Origin: Bacteroidota bacterium
GTDB lineage: Bacteria; Bacteroidota; Bacteroidia; Flavobacteriales_D; Sanyastnellaceae
Direction: 5' to 3'
DNA: 64,000 nucleotides
Assembly: GCA_027619225.1 (NCBI GenBank)
Contig: JAQCFW010000003.1
Location: 22,834-86,833 of the forward strand
A model generated the notes under the pieces. That model was not told the DNA's origin, made no database searches, and saw only the letters and a program-made list of their open reading frames with translations. Within the stretch, counting starts at the first letter, position 1, and each line of letters starts with the position of its first letter. Of this stretch, positions 1 to 9,768 are shown in pieces. The position numbers and the translations under genes were made by a program.

Positions 1-758
1 AACATACCTCTATCACTTGTGTCCATAATAACAGGAATCTTTCTCTCCATAGCTTCTAAGCGTATTAAAGCTTTTGCAGAAAGTCCATCACAAGCATCGA
101 TTACAACATTACATTTTTCCATAAAAGAAGCAATGTTATTCTCCGTAACGCCTTTGGGAAAAACTTCAATGTTAAGGAAGGGGTCAACTTCAGAAATAGA
201 TCTCGCAGCTATGATCCACTTAGGCATACCTAATTCGTGAACACCTGCTCTTATTCTATTCAAATTTGACAATTCTAAATCATCGAAATCAGCAAGAACT
301 ATCGTTCCAGCGGACCTCTCCATCGCAATGGTAAAAGCCGCGGCCTGACCTACTGAAAGACCTACAATTCCTACAGTTTTTAATGCTAAATTTTCTTGCT
401 CCTCTCTTGTAATTCTGTTCTTATTTCTATTTGTTCGCACTTCCACAAACTCATCTTCTGGAAGAAGTCTTACTGCTGATCCAATCCAATGAAACACAAC
501 CCAATTACCGTACGTATCCCAATCTTTCCCTTCCAGTATATCACCAATAGCCATCGCAAGGCCTGTTGGATTTTGCTTTAACATCGGGTTACGTATGATC
601 GCCAATTCAGCAACTTGATTTTCAAGTGTATCACTCACCGTCTGAATAGAGCCGTCAAGTTTTAGTTCTGAAAATCTCTTTACCCCCTCAACAGTTGAAG
701 GGTCAATTATTTCCGCTTTCCAGCGTAGAGTATCAGTATATAAATCACTTGAAGACAT
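1..758 (-). CDS. ThiF/MoeB-type E1-like adenylyltransferase domain protein (Rv1355c-like); N-terminal part only, runs off the left edge
   Basis: Hand translation of the reverse strand from the ATG at 758-756 stays open to base 1. It is absent from the ORF track because no stop lies in the window. Product starts MSSSDLYTDTLRWKAEIIDPS. Rossmann motif KTVGIVGLSVGQAAA is followed by LADFDDLELSNLNRI, the ThiF/MoeB signature. Confidence 0.6.
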   Translation of the reverse strand, partial: MSSSDLYTDTLRWKAEIIDPSTVEGVKRFSELKLDGSIQTVSDTLENQVAELAIIRNPMLKQNPTGLAMAIGDILEGKDWDTYGNWVVFHWIGSAVRLLPEDEFVEVRTNRNKNRITREEQENLALKTVGIVGLSVGQAAAFTIAMERSAGTIVLADFDDLELSNLNRIRAGVHELGMPKWIIAARSISEVDPFLNIEVFPKGVTENNIASFMEKCNVVIDACDGLSAKALIRLEAMERKIPVIMDTSDRGM

Positions 759-832
759 AGTGAAAAATCGGAAATAGTTTCCCTTTTTTTACATAACGTC
801 AATTGAGTTCTCAACAACTAAATAATGACAGT

Positions 833-1366
833 TTATTCGTTATAATAAACCCTCAAATGGCCTTTTGCAAGCTCATTCGCCCAATTTCGTAACGCTACAA
901 ACCCAGATTCTGTTTCTGGTGAAATTGTTTGTTTTTTCATCCTTAGCAATAACCAACCATAAAGCCCTATTAACATCTGCTCTACAGGGTGACTTACATC
1001 CTCTTTTTGCTTAGCTACTAAATCACGAAGCATCAGCTCTGCTTCTTCAAAAGCTTCCTTATATCTCAAATCCTCCAATGGCCCAAGCAGCATTTCATGT
1101 AAATGAGCTAACTCAACCACAGGTTCACTTACAGTCGATATATGACCCGACTCTTCTTTCCCTTGCGCTCTCATCTCCTTCGCTATACTGACTATCCATT
1201 CCTTTTCATTATCTGGGTTAGTGTCTTCTCGGTGAGCCGTTTCGTCAGCCCAGTGTTCGAGAATTTCAGGAGTGAAACTTGAAGCTCTTATTAAATCTTC
1301 TATTTGCCACAAAAACAAAATATATTCAACAATATGTTCTTTTTTCTTTTTTTCAGAAAGTGTCAT
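833..1366 (-). CDS. Conserved Bacteroidota protein, DUF4924-like
   Basis: 177-aa ORF. The N-terminal KKKEHIVEYILFLWQIEDLIRA and the later GKEESGHIS..ELAHLHEMLL pattern match my memory of the ~180-aa DUF4924 family. It lies 74 nt upstream of the ThiF-like gene on the same strand. Confidence 0.5.
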   Translation of the reverse strand: MTLSEKKKKEHIVEYILFLWQIEDLIRASSFTPEILEHWADETAHREDTNPDNEKEWIVSIAKEMRAQGKEESGHISTVSEPVVELAHLHEMLLGPLEDLRYKEAFEEAELMLRDLVAKQKEDVSHPVEQMLIGLYGWLLLRMKKQTISPETESGFVALRNWANELAKGHLRVYYNE

Positions 1367-1374
1367 TTTTAAAT

Positions 1375-1938
1375 CTAATCATTGGTTTTATTAAGCGCAA
1401 TAAGCACCTCCTGAGTGACATCAATAGCTTCAGTACCGTACAACACTCCTTCACCACTTAATCCCCAGTTAAAAACAATATCTATGCCTTGAGCATCTGA
1501 AAACACTCTTAAAGTCTCAGTCAGGTGAGCAGCAATTGTTGCTTGCATTGTTGATTCCTTAAGCGCAAAAATTTGCTCTGCATCATATTGCAATTTCTGT
1601 AGCAGTTGTTCAATCTCATTCACTCTATTGCTTGCAATTTCAATCTCACTACCAGTAGCATTGCCCGAATTTGCATAACCAATTAACTCTTGTGCCTCTA
1701 CTTGTAAAGGCGCAGAATCTTGCTGCAGCAATGAATCTAACTCATACATATTCTCTCTTAAAGTCGCTTCTAAAGATGCAATTAAATTCATACCCTGTCT
1801 TAGCGTATCTCCATGTACGTAAGCAATTACACCTCCTTTTTGATCTGAAATTAGCGGTGTTTTCGGAGCAAACTGTATATATGTCAAAGCGATAAGCCAA
1901 ACACCAACAACACCTAAAACTAATTTATTATTCATCAT
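1375..1938 (-). CDS. OmpH/Skp-family periplasmic chaperone
   Basis: 187 aa with an N-terminal hydrophobic signal/anchor, then a long Gln/Glu/Leu-rich coiled-coil region and a C-terminal DIVFNWG...VLYG..AIDVTQEV segment typical of OmpH. Confidence 0.6.
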   Translation of the reverse strand: MMNNKLVLGVVGVWLIALTYIQFAPKTPLISDQKGGVIAYVHGDTLRQGMNLIASLEATLRENMYELDSLLQQDSAPLQVEAQELIGYANSGNATGSEIEIASNRVNEIEQLLQKLQYDAEQIFALKESTMQATIAAHLTETLRVFSDAQGIDIVFNWGLSGEGVLYGTEAIDVTQEVLIALNKTND

Positions 1939-1945
1939 TGTTATT

Positions 1946-3190
1946 TTATTTAGATCGCGAAGATATACTGAGTGGCGATGTTAATTCATCATCCCAAGCT
2001 CTTTTAAGTTTAGGAATTTTTGGAGAAGAAGAACTCGCCACAGCTCTCATCAGGCAATGGATTATAGGTCTATTGTTCACCTTGAGATGACAAACAAGTC
2101 GTTTGGGACAAGCGCCCAATGACGATTTGATATCAAGAGCAGTTCTTCCCAAAGAGATTTTTGCAACTCCTCTTGCGATGCCTTGCTTAATAAACTCTAG
2201 CAACATCCGTTGATAAATAGAGTGCGTTTTGTTCTCATTTAGATGAAAGCCCACAAAAAATGCTTCGACAGAATAATCTGTAACAATTCCACATTGAAAC
2301 CCTACGAGTTCATTGTCAAATGAATAATAACCAATGACAGGGAAATCATCTTTCCAATATTTTTTGAAAAAAACAAGGTCCTCTTTGTGCAGCATTCCAA
2401 GTTTAAAACCAGCTCTTCCATAAACCATAGAGTACAGCTCGAAAAGTTCATCCGCATTTTCTACAACTTCCTCAAAACTAAATTCTCTCAAAACTAAAGA
2501 AGAAGAATCTTTGTCAATTCGTCTTAGTTTAGCTCTAGATTTTTTCCTGAGTCCTACGCTATATTCATCTAAAGACTTCCAATCAGGACTTAAATCAATC
2601 TCCATTACAGGGTCAAACTCCATATCAATCCACTTCTTATCCCAATGAGATTTTCCTGAAATACGTTGGCTCCAGGGCGCACTTGAATAATGATCCTTTA
2701 CCATAAAAGTACTGGGCAGAGAGTTCGTGGCTTCTTTACTTACTTTTAAGTCAAGAGCTTCTTTAATCAACGCCCGTCTTTCTAATTCTGAAACATTTTC
2801 ATCAAATCTATAAGCGTGATCTCCGCTTGAGAGAACAGACCCCATTACGCGAATATTTAACCTAAAAACTCCTTCATTGCGATAGAGAAAAGTTTGGGCC
2901 AATTTAAAAAAAGGCTTGTCAGCTTTAAGGAATTGACCTCGTGATTGACTCGTTGCAACAGTGTCTTCAACAATGGCAATTCCCTTCACATCTTTATGAT
3001 CATTCAACCAACACACAGCCATTAAAGATCTATTTTCTACACAGAGTGCAGCTTTAACAGATCTAGAATCGAGAAAAGCGCTTGGGTGTTTTAACTTAAG
3101 AAACTCATCCCATTTGTGCCAATCCTCATCGCCCCAATCCTCTAAATTTGATGCTCTAATCATATTTAATAGCATAAAACATTGTGCCAA
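1946..3190 (-). CDS. GNAT-superfamily acyltransferase with FemAB/BioF2-like C-terminal domain
   Basis: 414-aa ORF. The C-terminal half (ELFELYSMVYGRAGFKLG...FPVIGYY..NELVGFQCGIV...EAFFVGF...IYQRMLLEFIKQGIARG) looks like the FemAB-like acetyltransferase fold. The true start may be the ATG at 3163 (MIRASN). Either start overlaps the upstream gene stop at 3156. Confidence 0.45.
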   Translation of the reverse strand: MAQCFMLLNMIRASNLEDWGDEDWHKWDEFLKLKHPSAFLDSRSVKAALCVENRSLMAVCWLNDHKDVKGIAIVEDTVATSQSRGQFLKADKPFFKLAQTFLYRNEGVFRLNIRVMGSVLSSGDHAYRFDENVSELERRALIKEALDLKVSKEATNSLPSTFMVKDHYSSAPWSQRISGKSHWDKKWIDMEFDPVMEIDLSPDWKSLDEYSVGLRKKSRAKLRRIDKDSSSLVLREFSFEEVVENADELFELYSMVYGRAGFKLGMLHKEDLVFFKKYWKDDFPVIGYYSFDNELVGFQCGIVTDYSVEAFFVGFHLNENKTHSIYQRMLLEFIKQGIARGVAKISLGRTALDIKSSLGACPKRLVCHLKVNNRPIIHCLMRAVASSSSPKIPKLKRAWDDELTSPLSISSRSK

Positions 3191-5639
3191 TTAAAAATAA
3201 TAAGAGAAATAAACTACCGAATCCATTAACTAAACCTGCTACTTTTCTTCCTGGCAATTCGAATTTTAGTTCAACCGTATGATCTCCCTTTGGAAGTTCT
3301 ATCGCTCGTAAAATATAATTTGCTCTGAAAAGTGGCGTTTCCGCACCGTCAACATAGGCGGTCCAACCCTCTCCATACCAAACTTCACTTATCACCAGTA
3401 TACCAGCTTCATCGGATTGAGTTTTGTAAACTGAACCTTCGGGGTGATAGTTCAACAATGTAACATTTGAACTCCCTGCAGTCTCAGATGATTCATAAGA
3501 TATTATAGATTCAAACTCTCTATGAATAATTGCTGTTGATGCAAGATCTACATTTCGAATACTCTCAATTTCAGATTCTGGAGTATCTACCCAAGAAATC
3601 TTATGTGTCACCCAAGCAGGTCCCAGTGCGCTGGGAAGAAGCAATGGAGTTTCTGCTCCTGGAAGGACTATATACTTCGTATTAAGCATCGTCAAAGCCC
3701 TAAGACTCGACATTGCCAAGCCCACACCCGAAGTGCCCGCCATAGAGGCAAATTCACTTCTTTCTGGAACAAGCACCTGATCGATGAAATCTTGATATCT
3801 GCGAAGTTTAGCTCCGTGATATCCGCCTACAGATTTGTGAAAATACGATGTGCGAGCATCATTAAATGGGTTTCCCCAATCTAGGACTCTATAATGACTC
3901 AAAGAGTTTAGCGCATTAAAAGAAGCCGCTAAACTGGCTTTGACATGTCGCCTTGATAGTTTATGTCCAAGTTTCTCCTCCGCAAGAGCAATGTGCTTTG
4001 CTTGCAATTCTGCAAACCCAGTTAAATTTTCAGATTCACTTTTAAGAATTGCAAGGTCCGCTTTATTTGGCTCAAATGGATAAAGGGCTTCGAATGAATC
4101 AACCCAGTTCACATTGTATCTCTTATCTACTAAAGCCAACTCCGAAATCATAATAACTGCGAGTATTGAAATCACTATTCTCTTGTCTAAAACACCCTTT
4201 AGTATCATAAAAACTGCAGCTGCCGCAACAGAGATTAAACCAAGAGAGCGCAGAATATCAGATTGAAATATGTCGATGCGCAATTGTGTAACACTCAGTT
4301 TTCCGAGTTGAATTAAAGCTTGGTCTGGTCTTATACTTGAAGTGAAATCAAAAAAGGTTGTCGGAGATATATAGAAAATAAATAGACAAGCCGAAATTCC
4401 CAAAAGAGAAAACACCCAGGGCTTCCATTTTCCATTAGAAGCATCTTCCCAAATTTCTTTTAAGGCCAAAGCTCCTCCAGCCGCGACAGCTACTTGGACG
4501 ATTACAAGCATCATTTTAGTATCGCGAAATTTATTAAAAAGCGGTACATGGTTTAAAAAGAAGTCTGACAAGGCCGAAGCTTCACGCCAAGATAGAATGA
4601 CAGCAAGGATCGTGATGAGCATAAGTGGAAATCTGAGTGGATCACGACCTACAAAGAAGAATGCAAGCATTAAAGCAAAAGCAATTGCGCCAAAATAAAA
4701 AGCTCCCCCGCTAAATCTTTGTTCACCCCAATACAATTGGTCAGCACCTCCTTTGATATTCGGTATCATCATCGACAACCACTCACCTCGAGCCATACTG
4801 TATTCAAGAATATAATCTTCTGACAAACCAGACTCCAGTTCGGTTTGATCGCCTGAATAATTCGTTAAGACAGTTTCTCCTCGTGTTGTATGATGAGAGT
4901 AATTTTGAGTTAAAGCAAGTTCTGCAGATTGAGGGAGGATTGCAAAAAAACCACCAACTAAAAGAATAAAAGACGTTTTAAGAGCTTGCTTCACCTCACT
5001 CTTGTACGACAACAATATAAATTCAGAAATGCCTACAAAACCTATTAGGAATAGAAGGTAATAAGTCATCTGCAGGTGGTTTGCAAATAAATGAATTGAC
5101 AGGAATAGAGCGAAAACTCCTGCGCCTAAAGCACGTCGCCCTCTAAACGCAGCAACTACACCACCTAAAACTCCAGGCATTACAGAAATAGCTCTAACCT
5201 TAGTCGCGTGACCAGCTGATAGATAGAGGATGTTTACAGAAGCCAGACCATAAGTGGCTCCCACAATAAACGCAATCCAAGGAGGGGCTTTAAGACAAAG
5301 AGCAAGCACATAGCCTGCGAGCATCGCCATAAATAAAGTCATAATCTCAGGCGACATAAACAGCTTCAGGAAAAGCCAAATAATTTTCGGTAGTGAGGTT
5401 AATCCACTACCCGTTATTTGGGTTGTGGGCATTCCGGAAAACATGCTATCTGTCCAAGACGGGAGTTCTTTAGATTCAGAAATCTCACGATAACTCTGTG
5501 CTTCGTGAGACATCCCTTTAAAGTTAATCGTGTCTCCCTGATGCATTCTTTCTCCTTTTAAAAATGCAGGAGAGTAAAAGGCAGCTGAGATGCAAAAAAG
5601 AAGAAAAACCGCTATCGCGTGAGGAATAATTTTATGCAT
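3156..5639 (-). CDS. Large polytopic membrane protein, YfhO-like (putative lipid-linked glycosyltransferase family)
   Basis: 827 aa. It has more than 10 hydrophobic helices in the first ~500 aa and one C-terminal helix, with a soluble domain between them. The N-terminus (FYSPAFLKGERMHQGDTINFKGMSHE..SWTDSMFSGMP) resembles the YfhO family. Confidence 0.5.
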   Translation of the reverse strand: MHKIIPHAIAVFLLFCISAAFYSPAFLKGERMHQGDTINFKGMSHEAQSYREISESKELPSWTDSMFSGMPTTQITGSGLTSLPKIIWLFLKLFMSPEIMTLFMAMLAGYVLALCLKAPPWIAFIVGATYGLASVNILYLSAGHATKVRAISVMPGVLGGVVAAFRGRRALGAGVFALFLSIHLFANHLQMTYYLLFLIGFVGISEFILLSYKSEVKQALKTSFILLVGGFFAILPQSAELALTQNYSHHTTRGETVLTNYSGDQTELESGLSEDYILEYSMARGEWLSMMIPNIKGGADQLYWGEQRFSGGAFYFGAIAFALMLAFFFVGRDPLRFPLMLITILAVILSWREASALSDFFLNHVPLFNKFRDTKMMLVIVQVAVAAGGALALKEIWEDASNGKWKPWVFSLLGISACLFIFYISPTTFFDFTSSIRPDQALIQLGKLSVTQLRIDIFQSDILRSLGLISVAAAAVFMILKGVLDKRIVISILAVIMISELALVDKRYNVNWVDSFEALYPFEPNKADLAILKSESENLTGFAELQAKHIALAEEKLGHKLSRRHVKASLAASFNALNSLSHYRVLDWGNPFNDARTSYFHKSVGGYHGAKLRRYQDFIDQVLVPERSEFASMAGTSGVGLAMSSLRALTMLNTKYIVLPGAETPLLLPSALGPAWVTHKISWVDTPESEIESIRNVDLASTAIIHREFESIISYESSETAGSSNVTLLNYHPEGSVYKTQSDEAGILVISEVWYGEGWTAYVDGAETPLFRANYILRAIELPKGDHTVELKFELPGRKVAGLVNGFGSLFLLLFLIGTMFYAIKYD

Positions 5640-5669
5640 GGGAGCAAGATAACAAGTAGGAGATAAGTA

Positions 5670-5870
5670 TTATTCTTCGACCTCTTCAAACTCCACATAA
5701 TCACCTATTCTATCGTCATTGGGCTTTTTATTGCTTGTTTGATCAGCTTGGTTTGGTGTTGCCTGCTGACTGTCTCTGCGATTTGCTTGCCGTCCTTTTC
5801 TGCCAAACAACCTATCTAGCCATCGCCAAACAAACCAAAACACAACAATATATAATAGACTCTTCAACAT
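5670..5870 (-). CDS. Small membrane protein, DUF4834-like
   Basis: 66 aa with one N-terminal TM helix, a polar low-complexity linker and the C-terminal GDYVEFEEVEE motif characteristic of DUF4834. Confidence 0.55.
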   Translation of the reverse strand: MLKSLLYIVVFWFVWRWLDRLFGRKGRQANRRDSQQATPNQADQTSNKKPNDDRIGDYVEFEEVEE

Positions 5871-5885
5871 CAGAAATGGTTATAA

Positions 5886-8705
5886 TTACTTGCTCAAATA
5901 TAAGTTGCGTTCAGAGTAAATCTTCCGAAAGAATGGATCGCGTAAATCTTGAATAAAACGAATACCCTCTCCTGTAGATTTCATCTCAGGTCCCAACTCC
6001 TTATTTACATCAGGAAATTTTTCATAACTAAAAACAGGTATTTTAACTGCATACCCTTGAAGTTTAGGAGAATGTGGCAAATCTTTAAGCTTGGCTGCTC
6101 CGAGCATAACCTTAGTCGCTTGGTTTACATACGGAACACCATATGCTTTCGAAATAAAGGGCACTGTTCGAGATGCGCGGGGATTTGCTTCAATAATGTA
6201 AACCTCATCGTCTTTAACCGCAAACTGTACGTTAATCAACCCCCTGGTCTGAAGGGCAACGGCAATTCTCTCTGTATAATCTTTGATTTTTTGGATTACC
6301 AAATCACCTAGATTAAATGGAGGAAGAAGTGCATAACTGTCACCCGAGTGAATCCCTGCTGGCTCTATGTGTTGCATAATACCGATTATTCTCACCTGAT
6401 CTCCATCACAAATCGCATCTGCCTCACACTCAACAGCACCTTCTAGGAAATGATCTACGAGAATCTGATTTTCAGGCATGTGCTTGAGAATGTCGATAAC
6501 GTGATTTTCTAAATCTTCTTCATTAATTACAATTTTCATCTTTTGCCCTCCTAAAACATAGGATGGACGAACAAGAAGAGGGAAACCAAGCTCACGACAA
6601 AGATCAACAGCTTGGTCAGCGTTTTCAACGACTCCAAATTTTGGATATGGAATACCCTCTTTTTTTAGCAATGCTGAAAAGCTCCCTCTATCCTCAGCGA
6701 GGTCAAGAGCTTTATATGATGTGCCTAGAACAGGTATGTTGTATCGGTCTAACTTTTCAGCGAGCTTTAGAGCTGTTTGGCCTCCCAACTGAACGATTAC
6801 ACCAACAGGCTTTTCGTGCAAAATAATATCGTAAATATGCTCCCAAAAAACGGGCTCGAAATACAGCTTGTCAGCAGTGTCAAAATCTGTAGATACGGTT
6901 TCAGGATTGCAATTGATCATGATTGTTTCATAACCACACTCTTTTGCGGCAAGAATTCCATGAACACAGCAGTAATCGAACTCAATTCCTTGGCCAATTC
7001 TATTGGGACCGCTACCGAGAACGATGACTTTTTTATTGTCAGAACTGACGCTCTCGTTTTCAGATTCTTCAAATGTCGAGTAATAGTAAGGTGTAACGGC
7101 TGGGAATTCAGCGGCACATGTATCTACTAATTTGTATACTCGATTTATATTTTCTTTGATGCGCTTCTCGTGGACTTCGCTTTCAAGACACTTTAAGAGG
7201 TGAGCAATTTGTCTATCGGCATATCCCTTGCGCTTTGCTTCGATAAGAAGTGCTTTAGGCAGCGACTCTATAGAATACTGCTCAATATCATTTTCGAGCA
7301 TGAGCAAAGCCTCAATCTGCCTAAGGAACCACGGGTCAATATTTGTTGATTCGTGAATTTTGTAAAACGGAACACCTAGTTTAAAGGCATCATAAATATG
7401 GAAAAGCCTGTTGTAAGAGGGGTGATTTAAACTCTCCATGATAGCGTCATGGTCACGTAATTCTTTTCCATCAGCGCCTAAGCCATTTCTCTTTATTTCG
7501 AGAGATTGACACGCCTTTTGAAGCGCTTCTTGAAATGAACGGCCTATCGCCATAACCTCACCGACTGACTTCATCTGGAGTCCAAGTTCTCTGTCTGTCC
7601 CTGGAAATTTATCGAAATTCCAACGAGGTATTTTCACGACAACGTAATCTAACGTCGGCTCAAACATGGCCGAGGTAGAACCGGTAATGGTGTTCTTCAA
7701 CTCATCTAAGTGGTATCCAACAGCAAGTTTTGCTGCGATTTTAGCGATGGGATAACCGGTTGCTTTAGACGCTAAAGCTGAAGATCTTGAAACCCTAGGA
7801 TTAATTTCAATCGCAATAATATCTTCCTTTTCATCAGCTGAAACTGCAAATTGAACATTGCAACCACCTGAAAATTCTCCGATACTACGCATCATACGGA
7901 TGGCCATATCGCGCATTCTTTGGTATGTCGAATCAGAAAGAGTCATGGCGGGCGCAACAGTGATTGAATCACCCGTATGAATACCCATAGGATCCATGTT
8001 TTCTATAGAACAAACGATCGTTACGTTGTCGTTCGCATCACGCAAGAGTTCTAATTCAAACTCCTTCCAACCGAGCAAAGCTTTGTCAATCATCACCTCA
8101 TGAATGGGTGATTTATGGAGTCCTGCCGTAAGCTTATCCTCAAAATTTTCTTTGTTGTGAACTACTGCAGCACCAGCTCCACCTAATGTAAAACTAGCTC
8201 TGATACAGAGTGGGTACCCAAACCGTTGAGCGATTTCCTTTCCCTCAAGAAAACTTTTCGCAGTTGCTTGAGGCGCCATAGGAATGTCGATCTTTTCCAT
8301 GAGCAATCTAAATTTCTCACGGTTCTCAGTAATTTCTATCGCATCGATATCAACACCAATTATTTTGACTCCGAACTCTTCCCAAATGCCAATTTCGTCG
8401 CATTTAACAGCAAGATTTAAAGCTGTTTGACCTCCCATAGTTGGGAGAACAGCATCAATGTTGTGCTTCTCCAGAATCTTAACGATAGATTCAGGCTCTA
8501 GAGGTTCGAGGTAAACATGATCCGCCATGACTGGGTCAGTCATAATGGTGGCAGGGTTGTTATTAATTAGAGTCACTTCAATCCCTTCGTCTCTTAATGA
8601 ACGAGAAGCCTGGGTACCACTGTAATCAAATTCACAAGCTTGGCCTATCACTATAGGGCCGCTGCCGATAATGAGTACCGATTTTATGCTGGAATCTTTA
8701 GGCAT
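5886..8705 (-). CDS. carB: Carbamoyl-phosphate synthase large subunit
   Basis: 939 aa with duplicated ATP-grasp halves, IGSGPIVIGQACEFDYSGTQA at the N-terminus and a second GSGPNRIGQGIEFDYCCVH. Confidence 0.97.
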   Translation of the reverse strand: MPKDSSIKSVLIIGSGPIVIGQACEFDYSGTQASRSLRDEGIEVTLINNNPATIMTDPVMADHVYLEPLEPESIVKILEKHNIDAVLPTMGGQTALNLAVKCDEIGIWEEFGVKIIGVDIDAIEITENREKFRLLMEKIDIPMAPQATAKSFLEGKEIAQRFGYPLCIRASFTLGGAGAAVVHNKENFEDKLTAGLHKSPIHEVMIDKALLGWKEFELELLRDANDNVTIVCSIENMDPMGIHTGDSITVAPAMTLSDSTYQRMRDMAIRMMRSIGEFSGGCNVQFAVSADEKEDIIAIEINPRVSRSSALASKATGYPIAKIAAKLAVGYHLDELKNTITGSTSAMFEPTLDYVVVKIPRWNFDKFPGTDRELGLQMKSVGEVMAIGRSFQEALQKACQSLEIKRNGLGADGKELRDHDAIMESLNHPSYNRLFHIYDAFKLGVPFYKIHESTNIDPWFLRQIEALLMLENDIEQYSIESLPKALLIEAKRKGYADRQIAHLLKCLESEVHEKRIKENINRVYKLVDTCAAEFPAVTPYYYSTFEESENESVSSDNKKVIVLGSGPNRIGQGIEFDYCCVHGILAAKECGYETIMINCNPETVSTDFDTADKLYFEPVFWEHIYDIILHEKPVGVIVQLGGQTALKLAEKLDRYNIPVLGTSYKALDLAEDRGSFSALLKKEGIPYPKFGVVENADQAVDLCRELGFPLLVRPSYVLGGQKMKIVINEEDLENHVIDILKHMPENQILVDHFLEGAVECEADAICDGDQVRIIGIMQHIEPAGIHSGDSYALLPPFNLGDLVIQKIKDYTERIAVALQTRGLINVQFAVKDDEVYIIEANPRASRTVPFISKAYGVPYVNQATKVMLGAAKLKDLPHSPKLQGYAVKIPVFSYEKFPDVNKELGPEMKSTGEGIRFIQDLRDPFFRKIYSERNLYLSK

Positions 8706-8859
8706 TTTTTTTTTATCCGGTCGTTTTCTAATAAATTTCTTTGTTAAAAAAACGTCCAGTTAAGTATGACTTTAATGACTTTAACCGATGTAAATTTACG
8801 TTATCATTTAGTGACTTCAATCAAACTATTTAGAAAAAAGACGTCACTTTTTCCACAGT

Positions 8860-9768
8860 TTGTTACTTTGCATCATGACACCACCTGAAATAAGTGAACA
8901 ACCTATAGAATGGGAATACCGAGGATGGCGATTTGGGGGTTGGATAAGACGAAGTGAAAACCTAAAAGCCTCCCACGAAATAGTTGTTGCATTCCATGGA
9001 TTTGACAGGAATGCAAGAGAAATGTTCAACTTTAGTCCTTTGTTTAAGGATGATTCCGTCATGCTTTCCATCAGCTTACTTCACCATGGCAACAGCATGC
9101 CCTTACCCCCCATACCTCTAGACGAAGCTCTCAAACCAGCACTCCTGATTGAGAGTATTGAGAACTTTATTTGTATGCATTTGTCAACAATAAAGGAGGT
9201 GAACCTAGTTCTTTTAGGTTATTCCATGGGAAGTAGGGTTGCGCTTACCTTATTCGAGAAGTTTCCCGATAAATTATCTAAGGTGATCGTATTGGCTCCA
9301 GATGGTTTAAAAATGGGCAGTCTATATCGATTTGTTGTGAACACAAGATTCGGTAAATACTGCTGGCGTTTAATAGATAAAAAACCCAAAACAAATCGGT
9401 GGATTATTAATGCCATGAGATCTATGAGGCTCATCTCCCAGCACAAACATCAATTCGGACGCTATCACACTGACTCAGTAGAAATTAGGAGAAGAGTTGC
9501 ATATGGGTGGGCTGGGCATAAATTATTTTGGCCTGAAAAAGAAGGATTAGTGAAGGCTATTCATGAAAATCTCACGTCAGAAAAAAATATATATTTTATT
9601 TTCGGTAAGAGAGATAAAATCATACCTTTCAGCTGGTCAAAATCACTTAGAGACGCACTTTCAAAAACCACGAAAGGAGTGCACTTTCTTGAAGTATCTA
9701 GTGGGCACGTAATGAGGCATAACACAATCGTACAAGAGATAAAACTGGCAATAAAAGAAGCGAAATGA
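8860..9768 (+). CDS. Alpha/beta-fold hydrolase
   Basis: Nucleophile elbow GYSMGSRVAL, HGF oxyanion region (VVAFHGFDRNAREM) and a C-terminal SGHVM His. The start may be the ATG at 8875 (MTPPEIS). The stop overlaps the next ATG (ATGA). Confidence 0.75.
   Translation: MLLCIMTPPEISEQPIEWEYRGWRFGGWIRRSENLKASHEIVVAFHGFDRNAREMFNFSPLFKDDSVMLSISLLHHGNSMPLPPIPLDEALKPALLIESIENFICMHLSTIKEVNLVLLGYSMGSRVALTLFEKFPDKLSKVIVLAPDGLKMGSLYRFVVNTRFGKYCWRLIDKKPKTNRWIINAMRSMRLISQHKHQFGRYHTDSVEIRRRVAYGWAGHKLFWPEKEGLVKAIHENLTSEKNIYFIFGKRDKIIPFSWSKSLRDALSKTTKGVHFLEVSSGHVMRHNTIVQEIKLAIKEAK

Noticed and set aside
19-240. 73-aa plus-strand ORF at the left edge.
   Set aside because: It lies antisense to the well-supported ThiF-like reading frame, which is open across 1-758 on the minus strand. 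It has no recognisable motif.
3171-3190. Sigma-54 promoter-like TGGCAC on the minus strand (TTGGCACAATGTTTTATGCT) just upstream of the GNAT start.
   Set aside because: The GG-to-GC spacing is about 3 nt too long for the -24/-12 consensus (TGGCAC-N5-TTGC), and the -12 element reads TTTA rather than TTGC.
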